DNA of 64,000 nucleotides from an uncultured Peptoniphilaceae bacterium (GCA_964533865.1 CAZHRC010000001.1:218159-282158); one strand, 5' to 3'; positions 20,444-29,878 are shown, counted from the stretch's first letter. Notes: a model not told the origin generated them from the letters alone. Program-made: numbers and translations.

Positions 20444-21737
20444 TCTACTTCGACTTAATAATCAGGCGAAAAAGCAAAGTTCAAAGCGAGGTGTATATTT
20501 TGAAAATATGCTTAGCCTGATTCTTATTTTTCAGCTGCTTGCGCTTATCTTGGTTATTTTTCACGATAGGGAAAGCTTAACGAGTCATCGATTGATATTT
20601 TCCTTATCTTTAGTAGCGGTAGTTTTTTTAGGAAATAGCATATTGCCAAAAGTTTCCAAAGGTGATCACTATCTACTAATGACCTCGAGTATGTTGTTTT
20701 CAATTGGAGTTATTGTTATCTACCGTTTGGATCCAGGCAATGGGATTAAACAAATTGTTTGGTTTACCGTTGGATTATTAGCGTATTATATGACACAGCT
20801 ATTTTTGAAAAAAATTGATGGATGGGAGAAATGGACGGCCTTTTATTTGGGGTTGGGTGCGGGTTTATTTGCAATTACATTTTTGTTTGGGCGCACCATC
20901 AATGGCGCTAATAACTGGATTACAATAACTGCACCATTTACTTTCAGTTTTCAGCCTTCTGAAATTACTAAAATCGCACTTACGTTTTTTATCTCATCCT
21001 ATTATTTCAAGTATGATAAATTTTCAAAAATGCCCTTTGGAAAATACTATATGTGCGCAGCAGTTTATGTTTTTATCGGGTTCTTAGCAATCCAGAAGGA
21101 CCTAGGGACGGCGATTATCTTTTTTGGGTTGATGATGTGCTATTTATTCATTTTTGAAAACGACCGTAAAATGATTTTGATCAATTTAGGTCTTGCTATC
21201 GTCGGTGCTGTATTCATGCTCATGATATTTTCCCATATCCGTGTACGTATTATTACGTGGATTGATCCGTGGAGTCATATTGACGACTTAGGATACCAAA
21301 TCACACAATCGTTATTTGCCGTGTCCAGTGGTGGCTTCTTCGGCTCTGGAATAGGGCTAGGCAGACCAGACCTCATACCACTTCCGGATTCGGACTTTAT
21401 TTTTGCGAGTATTTGTGAAGAGATGGGGATATTCATGGGAATGGCTGTTGTGATGTTGTTCTTAATCTTGGTGTATAGGGGCTACAAAATTGCTCTGGAG
21501 CAAAAAAACTTGTTTTTTAAACTCGTAGCCTTTGGCATATCCACGTTATTTGCTGTGCAAGCTCTGATCATTGTTGCTGGAGTATTGAAACTCATCCCTC
21601 TGACGGGGGTGACAATCCCCTTTGTGAGTTATGGAGGGAGTTCCATTCTTTCTAGCTTTATTCTGTTAGGTGTTTTGCAGTATACCTCTGAAGAAATAAA
21701 CCCAAAGGAGGAGTATGACAGTGAAAAATCTGAATAA
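20433..21737 (+). CDS. rodA: SEDS-family peptidoglycan polymerase (RodA/FtsW)
   Basis: About 10 TM segments, with conserved QPSE and GLG.PDLIPLP.SDFIF-type motifs. The start overlaps the FHA stop. Confidence 0.85.
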   Translation: MKNNLLRLNNQAKKQSSKRGVYFENMLSLILIFQLLALILVIFHDRESLTSHRLIFSLSLVAVVFLGNSILPKVSKGDHYLLMTSSMLFSIGVIVIYRLDPGNGIKQIVWFTVGLLAYYMTQLFLKKIDGWEKWTAFYLGLGAGLFAITFLFGRTINGANNWITITAPFTFSFQPSEITKIALTFFISSYYFKYDKFSKMPFGKYYMCAAVYVFIGFLAIQKDLGTAIIFFGLMMCYLFIFENDRKMILINLGLAIVGAVFMLMIFSHIRVRIITWIDPWSHIDDLGYQITQSLFAVSSGGFFGSGIGLGRPDLIPLPDSDFIFASICEEMGIFMGMAVVMLFLILVYRGYKIALEQKNLFFKLVAFGISTLFAVQALIIVAGVLKLIPLTGVTIPFVSYGGSSILSSFILLGVLQYTSEEINPKEEYDSEKSE

Positions 21738-23124
21738 AAGAATTGTCATCGTATTTTCTGGTCTTGGGTTGTTATTTATTTTATTGGTGCTCTACCTTAC
21801 TTATTTTCAGCTCTTCCAAGCCGAGGATTTAGCATCGAACAAATACAATCAACGAAATCGCGTCGATGAACTTGTGATCAAACGAGGGAGCATTAGCGAT
21901 GCGAATGGACTGGTCCTGGCAACGAGTAACCCTGTTGAAGGAGGATATAAAAGAGAGTATGTTTATGGACCTCTTTATAGCCATATCATAGGGTATAACT
22001 CCACAACCTATGGTAAAACCGGTCTAGAATCGTCATATAATGATATTTTGTTAAACGTTGAGAAAGCGCAACCTCTATCGAATCTGCGTGAAAAAGTTAT
22101 TAAAAACGATATCGGAAAGGATTTAAAACTTACTCTCATTCAAGAGCTTCAACAATTGGCTGATCAGCAGTTAGAAGGTCATAAGGGATCGATTGTGCTG
22201 ATTAACCCTCAAACTGGAGCTGTCTACGCTATGGTGTCTAGGCCAAATTTCGACCCTAATACGGTGGAGACTAATTGGGATTCGATTTCTACAAGCACAG
22301 AAAGTCCATTACTTAATCGATCAGCTCAAGGTCTTTATACGCCAGGTTCTGTCGTGAAAATCATAACCGCAACAGCATTAATTGAACATCAGGACAAGAT
22401 TGATTTAAGTTATGAAGACACGGGTACGACGGTGATTGACGGCTATAAAATTAGCAACTTTGAGGATTCTATTTGGGGAGATATCAATTTGAGGACGGCA
22501 CTCGTACACTCTGTAAACACTTACTTTGCCGATAAAGCGGTCGAACTAGGTGGAGAGACCATGAACACCACGTTCGAGAATTTTATGTTCAACAAGAAAA
22601 TCCCCTTCGATATTGTAACGGCCACTTCCAAATCCCCATTCACGAGCAAGATGGGAAAAACTGATTTAGCTGCAGCTGCTTTTGGCCAAGGTGAAACACT
22701 TGTTACACCGCTCAATATGGCACTATCCGTTGCAGCTTTGGCGAATGGCGGAAAAATGATGCAGCCTTATATCGTCAAAGAGGTTATCGATGCAGAAGGG
22801 GTTCGCACACCGGTGAACCCGCCGAAGATACTTGCCCAAGTGACGACTGAAGATTTTGCTAATACCTTGAAAGAAGATATGGTAGCCGTCATCGAATACG
22901 GCTCTCGTGCGCAAATCGATGGTGTTACCGTCGGCGGTAAGACAGGTACTGCTGAAACGGCTTCGGGATTGGATCACGCCTGGTTTGTCGGATTTGCACC
23001 TGCCGAGAACCCTAAATTTGCTGTCGCAGTTATTTTAGAAGAAGATGGTACGTTAGGAGGCAAAACAGCGGCACCAATCGGTGGAGAAATATTGAAGAAA
23101 GCCTTAAATACAACTATCGAATAA
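21715..23124 (+). CDS. Class B penicillin-binding protein (PBP2-type transpeptidase)
   Basis: SxxK (GSVVK), SxN (HSVN) and KTG (GGKTGTAE) motifs and an N-terminal TM anchor. It overlaps the rodA end by 23 nt. Confidence 0.9.
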   Translation: MTVKNLNKRIVIVFSGLGLLFILLVLYLTYFQLFQAEDLASNKYNQRNRVDELVIKRGSISDANGLVLATSNPVEGGYKREYVYGPLYSHIIGYNSTTYGKTGLESSYNDILLNVEKAQPLSNLREKVIKNDIGKDLKLTLIQELQQLADQQLEGHKGSIVLINPQTGAVYAMVSRPNFDPNTVETNWDSISTSTESPLLNRSAQGLYTPGSVVKIITATALIEHQDKIDLSYEDTGTTVIDGYKISNFEDSIWGDINLRTALVHSVNTYFADKAVELGGETMNTTFENFMFNKKIPFDIVTATSKSPFTSKMGKTDLAAAAFGQGETLVTPLNMALSVAALANGGKMMQPYIVKEVIDAEGVRTPVNPPKILAQVTTEDFANTLKEDMVAVIEYGSRAQIDGVTVGGKTGTAETASGLDHAWFVGFAPAENPKFAVAVILEEDGTLGGKTAAPIGGEILKKALNTTIE

Positions 23125-23137
23125 TGATGTGACCTAA

Positions 23138-23170
23138 TTTAAAAGGAGCCCTTAAAAGGCTCCTTTTAAA
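23138..23170. terminator. Bidirectional terminator between the PBP gene and nadK
   Basis: Stem aaaaggagcc / ggctcctttt, with A/T runs on both sides. Confidence 0.8.
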
Positions 23171-23186
23171 TCATAGAGTGGGATCA

Positions 23187-23999
23187 TTAGAGGAATTTAT
23201 CCTTGATATTAGACCAGTACCAGTCTTGCTTAAAGACGAGTCGCTGTACCGTCGATGCAGATACTGAAATCTCCAGGTGGTCGAGATGGTTGTAGCGGTT
23301 GACGATACCATCACAAACCACTAGAAGATGAGGATTCAGACGTCGGATGGGATAGATTCGCACAATGGATTTGCTGGGCATGACCAGTGAACTAATCAAA
23401 GAGCGGTATACCTTAGAATTGATCGGAGCAAGTGGTGTCATTTGGAATCCGTCTAGGGTTTGATATAGAATACTTCCTCCTGCAGATAGGTTATATGCGG
23501 TGGAGCCGGAAGGTGTTGAGAGAATTAGCCCGTCCCCAGCAAAGGTTTCAAGATGTGTTTTATCGAGATAGACATCAAAATGAACGGCATGTGTCCGCAC
23601 AGAACGGATAAGAAATTCATTTAATGAATGAGTGGATAGTTTGCGACCGTCTTTCAGATGCGCTGTACAGGAAAGGGTCATAAGCCGATCAACAACATAC
23701 TCGCTTTTTTTGTAGTAGTCGATAAATTTATCGATGCCATCGCTATTGATCTCTTGATAAAATCCAAGGTGCCCAGTGTTGATGCCTACGAAAGGAATCG
23801 GAGAAAAGTTCGTGTTATGTACGGCACGAAGGAAAGCCCCGTCGCCTCCAATGCAAATATTTAGTTCTGCGGTAGGATTGTACTCATATGAGAGGACAAA
23901 GTTGTGGCGTTTCAATTTCTTAGAAAGATCTTCACATAATGCCATAGAACGCTTATTGGCGTTTGGGAAAATATTTATTAATTTTGGGGTAGTTGCCAT
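23187..23999 (-). CDS. nadK: NAD kinase
   Basis: GGDG motif (CIGGDGAFLRA), NTGHLGF, and TPSGSTAYNLSAGG. Confidence 0.9.
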   Translation of the reverse strand: MATTPKLINIFPNANKRSMALCEDLSKKLKRHNFVLSYEYNPTAELNICIGGDGAFLRAVHNTNFSPIPFVGINTGHLGFYQEINSDGIDKFIDYYKKSEYVVDRLMTLSCTAHLKDGRKLSTHSLNEFLIRSVRTHAVHFDVYLDKTHLETFAGDGLILSTPSGSTAYNLSAGGSILYQTLDGFQMTPLAPINSKVYRSLISSLVMPSKSIVRIYPIRRLNPHLLVVCDGIVNRYNHLDHLEISVSASTVQRLVFKQDWYWSNIKDKFL

Positions 24000-24043
24000 A
24001 AATACACCTCCATTACTTCTAGTATACTATAACACAAGGAGCT

Positions 24044-24919
24044 ATGATAGTGAATAAAATGATAAGGGATGAAAATTATATCGATCTCATTAATGAGAGT
24101 GGTGAAATGAAATTAGCGTTATTTCTAAAAAATAATGGAATTAGCCGCAATCGTTTTATGGTTCTATATCGGCAGAATCTAATCACCATAAATAAAAAGA
24201 TCGCACGCCGCAATGATTCCGTCGTCACGGGTGATGTGATCACCATCACCATAGACGATGAGTTTATCCCAGAAGAACCTATCGATCTTCCCATAGAAAT
24301 TCTATATGAAGATGCGGACTACATCGTACTCAATAAACCAACAAATCTCACAATGAATACTAAAGGAGAGGTTTCACTAGCTAATATCGTATCAACGCTT
24401 TTCAAGAAGCGGTTACTTAATCGCAAAGTACGTTTTGTCAATCGGTTGGATCAAGATACATCAGGTGTTGTTATCGTTGCTAAAAACCCATATGCTCAAT
24501 CCTATTTACAAGGCATATCCATGATAAAAAAATATTGGTGTATCGTAGAAGGATGTTTAGTAGATCATGAGGCAATTATTGATGTGGGATTGCTAAAGGA
24601 CGATGTTTCTAAGCGTTATATTGCCCACAGTGATGGTAAGCCATCTTTGACCAAATATCGAGTGATCAAGCGAACCGAAAATACTACATTGGTTGAGGTA
24701 GAGTTATTGACCGGACGATCCCACCAAATAAGAGCCCATTTTGCTCATTTAGGTCATCCTGTTTTAGGGGATAAACTTTATGGCAGCATACAACCAGCGC
24801 CCAGGCAAATGCTACATGCGTATTTCTATCGTTTTTCATTGATGAGATCGAAAGAAGTCATTGAGGTTTCGGCACCTCTTCCAGAAGATATGAAACAAGC
24901 ATTTGACTTTCTTGATTAA
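24044..24919 (+). CDS. RluA-family pseudouridine synthase with N-terminal S4-like domain
   Basis: Catalytic loop RLDQDTSGVVIVAK and motif GRSHQIRAH. The true start may be GTG 24050, 8 nt after AAGGAG. Confidence 0.85.
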   Translation: MIVNKMIRDENYIDLINESGEMKLALFLKNNGISRNRFMVLYRQNLITINKKIARRNDSVVTGDVITITIDDEFIPEEPIDLPIEILYEDADYIVLNKPTNLTMNTKGEVSLANIVSTLFKKRLLNRKVRFVNRLDQDTSGVVIVAKNPYAQSYLQGISMIKKYWCIVEGCLVDHEAIIDVGLLKDDVSKRYIAHSDGKPSLTKYRVIKRTENTTLVEVELLTGRSHQIRAHFAHLGHPVLGDKLYGSIQPAPRQMLHAYFYRFSLMRSKEVIEVSAPLPEDMKQAFDFLD

Positions 24920-25003
24920 GACGATGAAATAATCACGCGAGATTGAGAATAGAGTTAATGTGTATCAGGGGAATGTCTAGAACTCACTATTTTTCTAAAA
25001 CGT

Positions 25004-25032
25004 TTGCTTTCCACTGAAGAATCGGTTATAAT
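25004..25032 (+). promoter_or_regulatory. Sigma-A promoter TTGCTT-17-TATAAT driving the sRNA
   Basis: -35 at 25004-25009, exactly 17 nt of spacer, -10 at 25027-25032. Confidence 0.6.
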
Positions 25033-25038
25033 AAAGGT

Positions 25039-25258
25039 GTTCCATGGTGGTTCAGTCGACCTGAATAAATTAAACCTACGCTAATTATAAGGGACTGCGG
25101 ACGTTCTACTATCTGCTGACACGCCTCGTAGCCTAAGAGGACTTCAAAAGATAGAGACAGCAAACCCACCTTCACTTACAGAAGGTCTTTAATTAAGTAG
25201 GGTCGCTGCCACATGGAATAATAAAACTGACACCTAATGGTGTCAGTTTTATTATTCC
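25039..25258 (+). ncRNA. ssrS: Stand-alone structured sRNA, most consistent with 6S RNA
   Basis: It has its own promoter and a perfect 20-bp terminator. The body of about 180 nt folds so that the 5' end (ttccatggtgg..cgacc..aattaaa) pairs with the 3' end (tttaatt..gggtcg..ccacatggaa), giving a long irregular rod. It contains no ORF. The 6S assignment is not verified by a covariance model. Confidence 0.55.
25215..25258 (+). terminator. Strong intrinsic terminator of the sRNA
   Basis: ggaataataaaactgacacc taat ggtgtcagttttattattcc. Confidence 0.85.
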
Positions 25259-25396
25259 AATTCATATTCTATTTACCATCAAGGCCCATCTTTATTCGTT
25301 CACCGTCAAAGGACCGGGCAGAGTAAACCTTTTCAATAGCAGACCGCTTTCGTGCGAATTATAAAAAATGTAGATGATTTATTACTGTGATTTAAG

Positions 25397-25423
25397 GTTT
25401 AAAAATTCAGAATGATAAGGTAT
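25397..25423 (+). promoter_or_regulatory. Possible SigB-type promoter (GTTTAA-15-aGGTAT) upstream of the YtxH-like gene
   Basis: GTTTAA at 25397-25402 and AGGTAT at 25418-25423. The B. subtilis consensus is GTTTAA-N14-GGGTAT. Confidence 0.3.
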
Positions 25424-25494
25424 TGGCTTGTTTATCTTCTATCGTTGAGGGTATCAATACTTTATCTAAATATATTACAAAGGAGATTTATACG

Positions 25495-26031
25495 ATGAGT
25501 ATTAAAGAATTCTTGGAAGAGAAGAAACGTGAACAAGAGCGGGCCATCAGAAGAAGGATCCGCAAAGAAAAATACGACGATGCTAAAAAGGTGGCCGTAG
25601 GTACTATTATCGGCTCTGTAATAGGTGCAGCTTCTGGTCTTCTGCTAGCACCAAAATCCGGGAAAGAAACGAGGGAAGATATAGGAAAAGTCGCTAAAGA
25701 AACTGGCGAAACTCTCTCTAAAACCGCTAGAGAAACGACAGAAAACATTAAACAAACCGTTCAAAGTTCAGTAGAGTCAGCCAAAGAAAAATCTAAAGAG
25801 CTTTCCAAAGACATCAGCGATAAATACAACACTTTCGTCGATCGCAACATGACTGAGATTAACCCAATACAAGACGGAGAGGATATAGTCGATACGTTTG
25901 TCGAAGAAACTAAAGAAGTAGCTGAAGAGGTAAAAGACGTCGCATCAAAAGCGGCTGATAAAGTAGCTACCCAGGCAAAAAAATCAGTTGATGCGGTAAA
26001 AGATGAAATAGAGGATAAGAAGACGAAATAA
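25495..26031 (+). CDS. YtxH-like general-stress-type protein
   Basis: A TM/amphipathic segment followed by LLAPKSGKETREDI (YtxH hallmark), then a long K/E-rich helical tail. ATG 25495 follows AAGGAG. Confidence 0.75.
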   Translation: MSIKEFLEEKKREQERAIRRRIRKEKYDDAKKVAVGTIIGSVIGAASGLLLAPKSGKETREDIGKVAKETGETLSKTARETTENIKQTVQSSVESAKEKSKELSKDISDKYNTFVDRNMTEINPIQDGEDIVDTFVEETKEVAEEVKDVASKAADKVATQAKKSVDAVKDEIEDKKTK

Positions 26032-26045
26032 TCGGAGGCAAGCTT

Positions 26046-26495
26046 TTGGAAATTACAATATCATTAGAAGCTATCGCTCAGTTTATCATCGTTCTCCTAG
26101 GAATTTTTGCATTAGCATTTCTGATTGTTGTTTTAATAAACTTGAACAGGCTTATAAAAACAGTGAATAAGCATCTTGACGATAACTCGAAAGAAATTGA
26201 TTCGGTTATCAAAGATATGCCAGCGATATCTGCAAAAGCAAAAACCTTAGTTTCTAATGTTGATGATATCGTGGTTCGATCTGGCCCGGAAGTGCAACAA
26301 ATCATCGGCAATGTAAAAATCTTGTCTGACAGTGCAGGTAAGATTTCAGAAGATGTCACTGAAACGGTATCTTTTATATCAGAAAGTGCTATTGATACGG
26401 CAGATAATATTCGATACGGTGTGCATAGCGCGACGGATTACCTATCTTTTGTGTACGATATCATTGAGATCGTAAAGAACCTACTACGTAAGTAA
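26046..26495 (+). CDS. DUF948-type membrane-anchored protein
   Basis: An N-terminal TM helix and a helical remainder, paired with a YtxH-like gene as in Bacillus ytx loci. TTG start after GGAGG. Confidence 0.65.
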   Translation: MEITISLEAIAQFIIVLLGIFALAFLIVVLINLNRLIKTVNKHLDDNSKEIDSVIKDMPAISAKAKTLVSNVDDIVVRSGPEVQQIIGNVKILSDSAGKISEDVTETVSFISESAIDTADNIRYGVHSATDYLSFVYDIIEIVKNLLRK

Positions 26496-26730
26496 TGTTC
26501 AGAGCTCATAACATTGTGAGATCTTTTCTTTCTCATCCTAGATTCCCTTATATTATGGACTATTCATCTGTTTGTGAATCTTATCGGACGTCAGACAACA
26601 CTAGATAGAAAACCTAGTGTAAAGTTATCCATTAGTCCACTAAATAGAGAAAATTATTTGCAAGTTTTCGGTTTATGGTCCATAACAGATATAATAAGGT
26701 TTTCAGTATGCATAAAAAGGAGTGTAGAGT

Positions 26731-27738
26731 ATGTCATCACCAACGATAAAGGATGTAGCAAAACTCGCAGGTGTATCGATTTCAACCGTATCACGTGTCA
26801 TGAACGAATCAAAACCGGTTAGTCCTGAAGCGAGGCGAAAAGTATTAGACGCGATTAATAAACTTGATTTTAAACCAAATGAACTCGCTCGTTCACTAGT
26901 CATGAAAAAATCTAACATTATTGGTGTTGTTGTAAAAGACATCGGGATTCACTATATGGCTCAGATTATTCGTGGTCTTGAAGAAATCGGGCGCATGTAT
27001 AAGTTTGATATCTTACTCACCAGTACTTATGGCAATCAAGAAAGTGAAAAGAAAGCGGTAGACTTTCTAGTCACAAAACAAGTAGAAGGCATTGTGCTTC
27101 TATCAGAAAATGTAGATCCAGAAGTCATTGTAAAGTTGAAAGATCACAAGTTGCCCTATATGCTTATTGATGAATATTACACAGGTTCAGATTTTCATAC
27201 AGTTACCATCGATTATACAGCTGCGGCGGCTTCGATGTGTGAATTCTTGATCAACCTGGGTCATGAAAAAATCCTTTACATGTTACCGGAACCTTCATCG
27301 CCGATGAATTTAGCCAAGCTTAAAGGCTATAAAAAGGTCATGAAAGATCATGAGCTTGAGGATTGTATCGTCGAGGTTGAAGGCATCAGTTTTGACGATG
27401 GGTACAACATTGGTGACCAAATTAAACAACAGATTGAATCAAATCAGATTACAGCGGTTTTTGCTAGCAGTGATGATTTGGCCATTGGCTTTATTAACTA
27501 TTGTTACGACAAAGACATTCGCGTCCCGTCGGATATTTCAGTGGCAGGATTTGGCGATAGTCAACTGTCTGCAAACTACCGTCCAAGGCTGACAACGGTT
27601 CAGCAACCGTTTTACGACATCGGTGCGATTGCGATGAGACGGTTGATAAAAGTGTTACAGGAAGATTATAAAATCAAAGAAACGACGTACTTGCCAGCAC
27701 AAATTATGGAAAGAGAATCTAGTGCAAGGATAAAGTAA
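26731..27738 (+). CDS. LacI/CcpA-family transcriptional regulator
   Basis: HTH TIKDVAKLAGVSISTVSRVMN and a periplasmic-binding-protein-like core. RBS AAAAAGGAG. It lies directly upstream of ptsH. Confidence 0.85.
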   Translation: MSSPTIKDVAKLAGVSISTVSRVMNESKPVSPEARRKVLDAINKLDFKPNELARSLVMKKSNIIGVVVKDIGIHYMAQIIRGLEEIGRMYKFDILLTSTYGNQESEKKAVDFLVTKQVEGIVLLSENVDPEVIVKLKDHKLPYMLIDEYYTGSDFHTVTIDYTAAAASMCEFLINLGHEKILYMLPEPSSPMNLAKLKGYKKVMKDHELEDCIVEVEGISFDDGYNIGDQIKQQIESNQITAVFASSDDLAIGFINYCYDKDIRVPSDISVAGFGDSQLSANYRPRLTTVQQPFYDIGAIAMRRLIKVLQEDYKIKETTYLPAQIMERESSARIK

Positions 27739-27749
27739 CGTTTTTGGGA

Positions 27750-27778
27750 TTGATTTTATTGTCAAATAGTGCTATGAT
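27750..27778 (+). promoter_or_regulatory. ptsH promoter TTGATT-17-(TGc)TATGAT
   Basis: -35 at 27750-27755, extended -10 at 27770-27778. Confidence 0.55.
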
Positions 27779-27829
27779 AGTAGCATAAAACTTGCGAAAT
27801 GTTTTCACGCACAAATTTAGGAGGGTAAT

Positions 27830-28090
27830 ATGGCAGAAAAAGTGGTAGTAGTCACGAATGAGACTGGATTGCATGCAAGACCAGCGGCTTCTCTTGTACA
27901 GTTTGTAAAGAACTTCCCAGGAGATGTGGAACTGGTAAAGGACGGCAAGGTCGCCAACGCCAAGAGCATATTTAATGTCATGTCATTAGGTATCTCTAAA
28001 GGAACTGAAATATTAGTCCGCGTAACTGGTGAAGATGAGGAAGCGAACTTAGCGAAGCTTGTGGAGTTCATAGAAAATCTATCTGAATAA
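27830..28090 (+). CDS. ptsH: Phosphocarrier protein HPr
   Basis: His15 context GLHARPA and Ser46 context AKSIFNVMSLG are both present. Confidence 0.95.
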   Translation: MAEKVVVVTNETGLHARPAASLVQFVKNFPGDVELVKDGKVANAKSIFNVMSLGISKGTEILVRVTGEDEEANLAKLVEFIENLSE

Positions 28091-28096
28091 ATTAAG

Positions 28097-28127
28097 AGGG
28101 ATACCTAGTGTATCCCTTTCTTATCTT
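28097..28127 (+). terminator. Hairpin plus T-rich tail between ptsH and ptsI (partial terminator/attenuator)
   Basis: agggatac ctagt gtatccct ttcttatctt. Confidence 0.45.
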
Positions 28128-28145
28128 GTGAGGTGATTCGTTAAA

Positions 28146-29840
28146 ATGACTTTGAAGGGAATTATTGCTTCTACCGGTATCACTATGGGAGAAGCATATG
28201 TTTTTGAAAAAACAGAGCTAATTATTGATAATACAGTAATCGAAGAGCATGGTGTCGATGCGGAGAAAGAACGTATCGATAAAGCAGTAAATGAGATTAT
28301 CTCATCATATGACAACAAAGAAGATATTTCGGAAGAACAACGCCAAGTCTACAACGCTCATAAAGAGCTGCTTTCTGATCCGTATCTTTTGGAAACGATT
28401 GGAATGAAAATTGGATCTGAATTCAAAAATGCTGAGTTGGCTTTAGATGAAACAATTAAAGATATGGTCGATATGATGGCTTCACTTGATGATCCTTATC
28501 TGAAAGAACGCGCATTGGACTATAAAGATATTGGAAGCCAACTCATGTATCGCCTTAAGGGCATACAGGCTGAGGATTTAGCCCATCTAGAAACTCCCTA
28601 TATCATCATTTCAGAGGAGTTAACCCCATCGGACACCTCTAGCATGGCCAAGGACTTTGTGCTTGGATTTGCCACTGTTTTAGGTGGGAAGACTAGCCAT
28701 ACATCTATTATCGCACAAACCCTAGGTATCCCTGCTTTAGTTGGTATGCCCGATCTTCTTAATAATGTTAATAATGGTGATTTCCTCATATTGGATGCTC
28801 AAAACGGTAAAATCATTATTAATCCAGACAATACCATTATTGAAGATTACAAAGTAAAGATGGACAGCCAACGCAAAGAAAAAGAACGTTTAGAACTCAT
28901 TAAGAACAAAGCTGCCAAAACGACTGATGGCAGGTTGGTTGAAGTCGCCACAAATATTGGAAACCTTGAAGATCTTAAATTAGGTATTGAAAGTGGATGT
29001 GACGGGGTTGGGTTATTTAGAACAGAATTTCTCTATATGGAAAACACACATTTCCCTACCGAGGAAGAACAATTCATTGTCTATAAAGAAGCCGCTCAAA
29101 TGCTGGAGGGAAAACCCTTAATCATTCGTACTCTAGATATTGGCGGAGATAAATCACTACCCTATTATGAGTTTCCTGTAGAAGAGAATCCGTTTTTAGG
29201 TTGGAGAGCTCTACGCATTTGTTTTGATAAGCCGGAGATTTTCAATGCACAATTATCTGCGATTCTAAGAGCGTCATATTATGGCAAAGTACGCATCTTA
29301 TTACCGATGATTATATCTGTCGACGAAATCGTGAAGGTTAAAGAAATTCTCGAAGAAGTAAAAATATCATTAAGAGAAAGACAACTCCCCTTTGATGAAA
29401 ACATAGAGATTGGTATTATGATCGAAACACCTGCATCGGTTATTGTTGCAGAGGATCTCATCGAATATGTCGATTACTTTAGTGTTGGGACAAATGATTT
29501 AACCCAGTATGTGTTGGCGGTGGATCGAGGCAATGATAAAATTTCACATCTTTACAACACGTATAATCCAGCAGTCCTTCGATCGATAAAAATGGTCATA
29601 GACGCTTCGCATAAAGCTGGTAAATGGACTGGAATGTGCGGTGGATTTGCAGGCGACATCGATGCAACCTATTTACTTTTGGGAATGGGCTTAGACGAGT
29701 TTTCGGCTCCGGCCACGAAAATACCGGCGATTAAAGATATCGTTTTAAACGCTGATTATGAAGAAGCAAAAGCCTTTGCAGACGAAGTCTTATCACTTCA
29801 AACAACTGCTCAGATTCAAGAAAAAATTGCTAACAGATAG
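28146..29840 (+). CDS. ptsI: PTS enzyme I
   Basis: Phospho-His region GGKTSHTSIIA and a PEP-utilising C-terminal barrel (GTNDLTQY). Confidence 0.95.
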   Translation: MTLKGIIASTGITMGEAYVFEKTELIIDNTVIEEHGVDAEKERIDKAVNEIISSYDNKEDISEEQRQVYNAHKELLSDPYLLETIGMKIGSEFKNAELALDETIKDMVDMMASLDDPYLKERALDYKDIGSQLMYRLKGIQAEDLAHLETPYIIISEELTPSDTSSMAKDFVLGFATVLGGKTSHTSIIAQTLGIPALVGMPDLLNNVNNGDFLILDAQNGKIIINPDNTIIEDYKVKMDSQRKEKERLELIKNKAAKTTDGRLVEVATNIGNLEDLKLGIESGCDGVGLFRTEFLYMENTHFPTEEEQFIVYKEAAQMLEGKPLIIRTLDIGGDKSLPYYEFPVEENPFLGWRALRICFDKPEIFNAQLSAILRASYYGKVRILLPMIISVDEIVKVKEILEEVKISLRERQLPFDENIEIGIMIETPASVIVAEDLIEYVDYFSVGTNDLTQYVLAVDRGNDKISHLYNTYNPAVLRSIKMVIDASHKAGKWTGMCGGFAGDIDATYLLLGMGLDEFSAPATKIPAIKDIVLNADYEEAKAFADEVLSLQTTAQIQEKIANR

Positions 29841-29848
29841 TTGCAGAT

Positions 29849-29878
29849 GGCGTTCTAGCTGTGAAAACAGTTAGAACG
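29849..29878 (+). terminator. 12-bp hairpin after ptsI (no clear U tract)
   Basis: gcgttctagctg ...cagttagaacgc. Confidence 0.35.

Noticed and set aside
26574-26942. ORFs 26574-26822(+) and 26703-26942(-) overlapping the LacI-family gene start.
   Set aside because: They have no RBS. They overlap a gene with a clear HTH N-terminus and its own AAAAAGGAG RBS.
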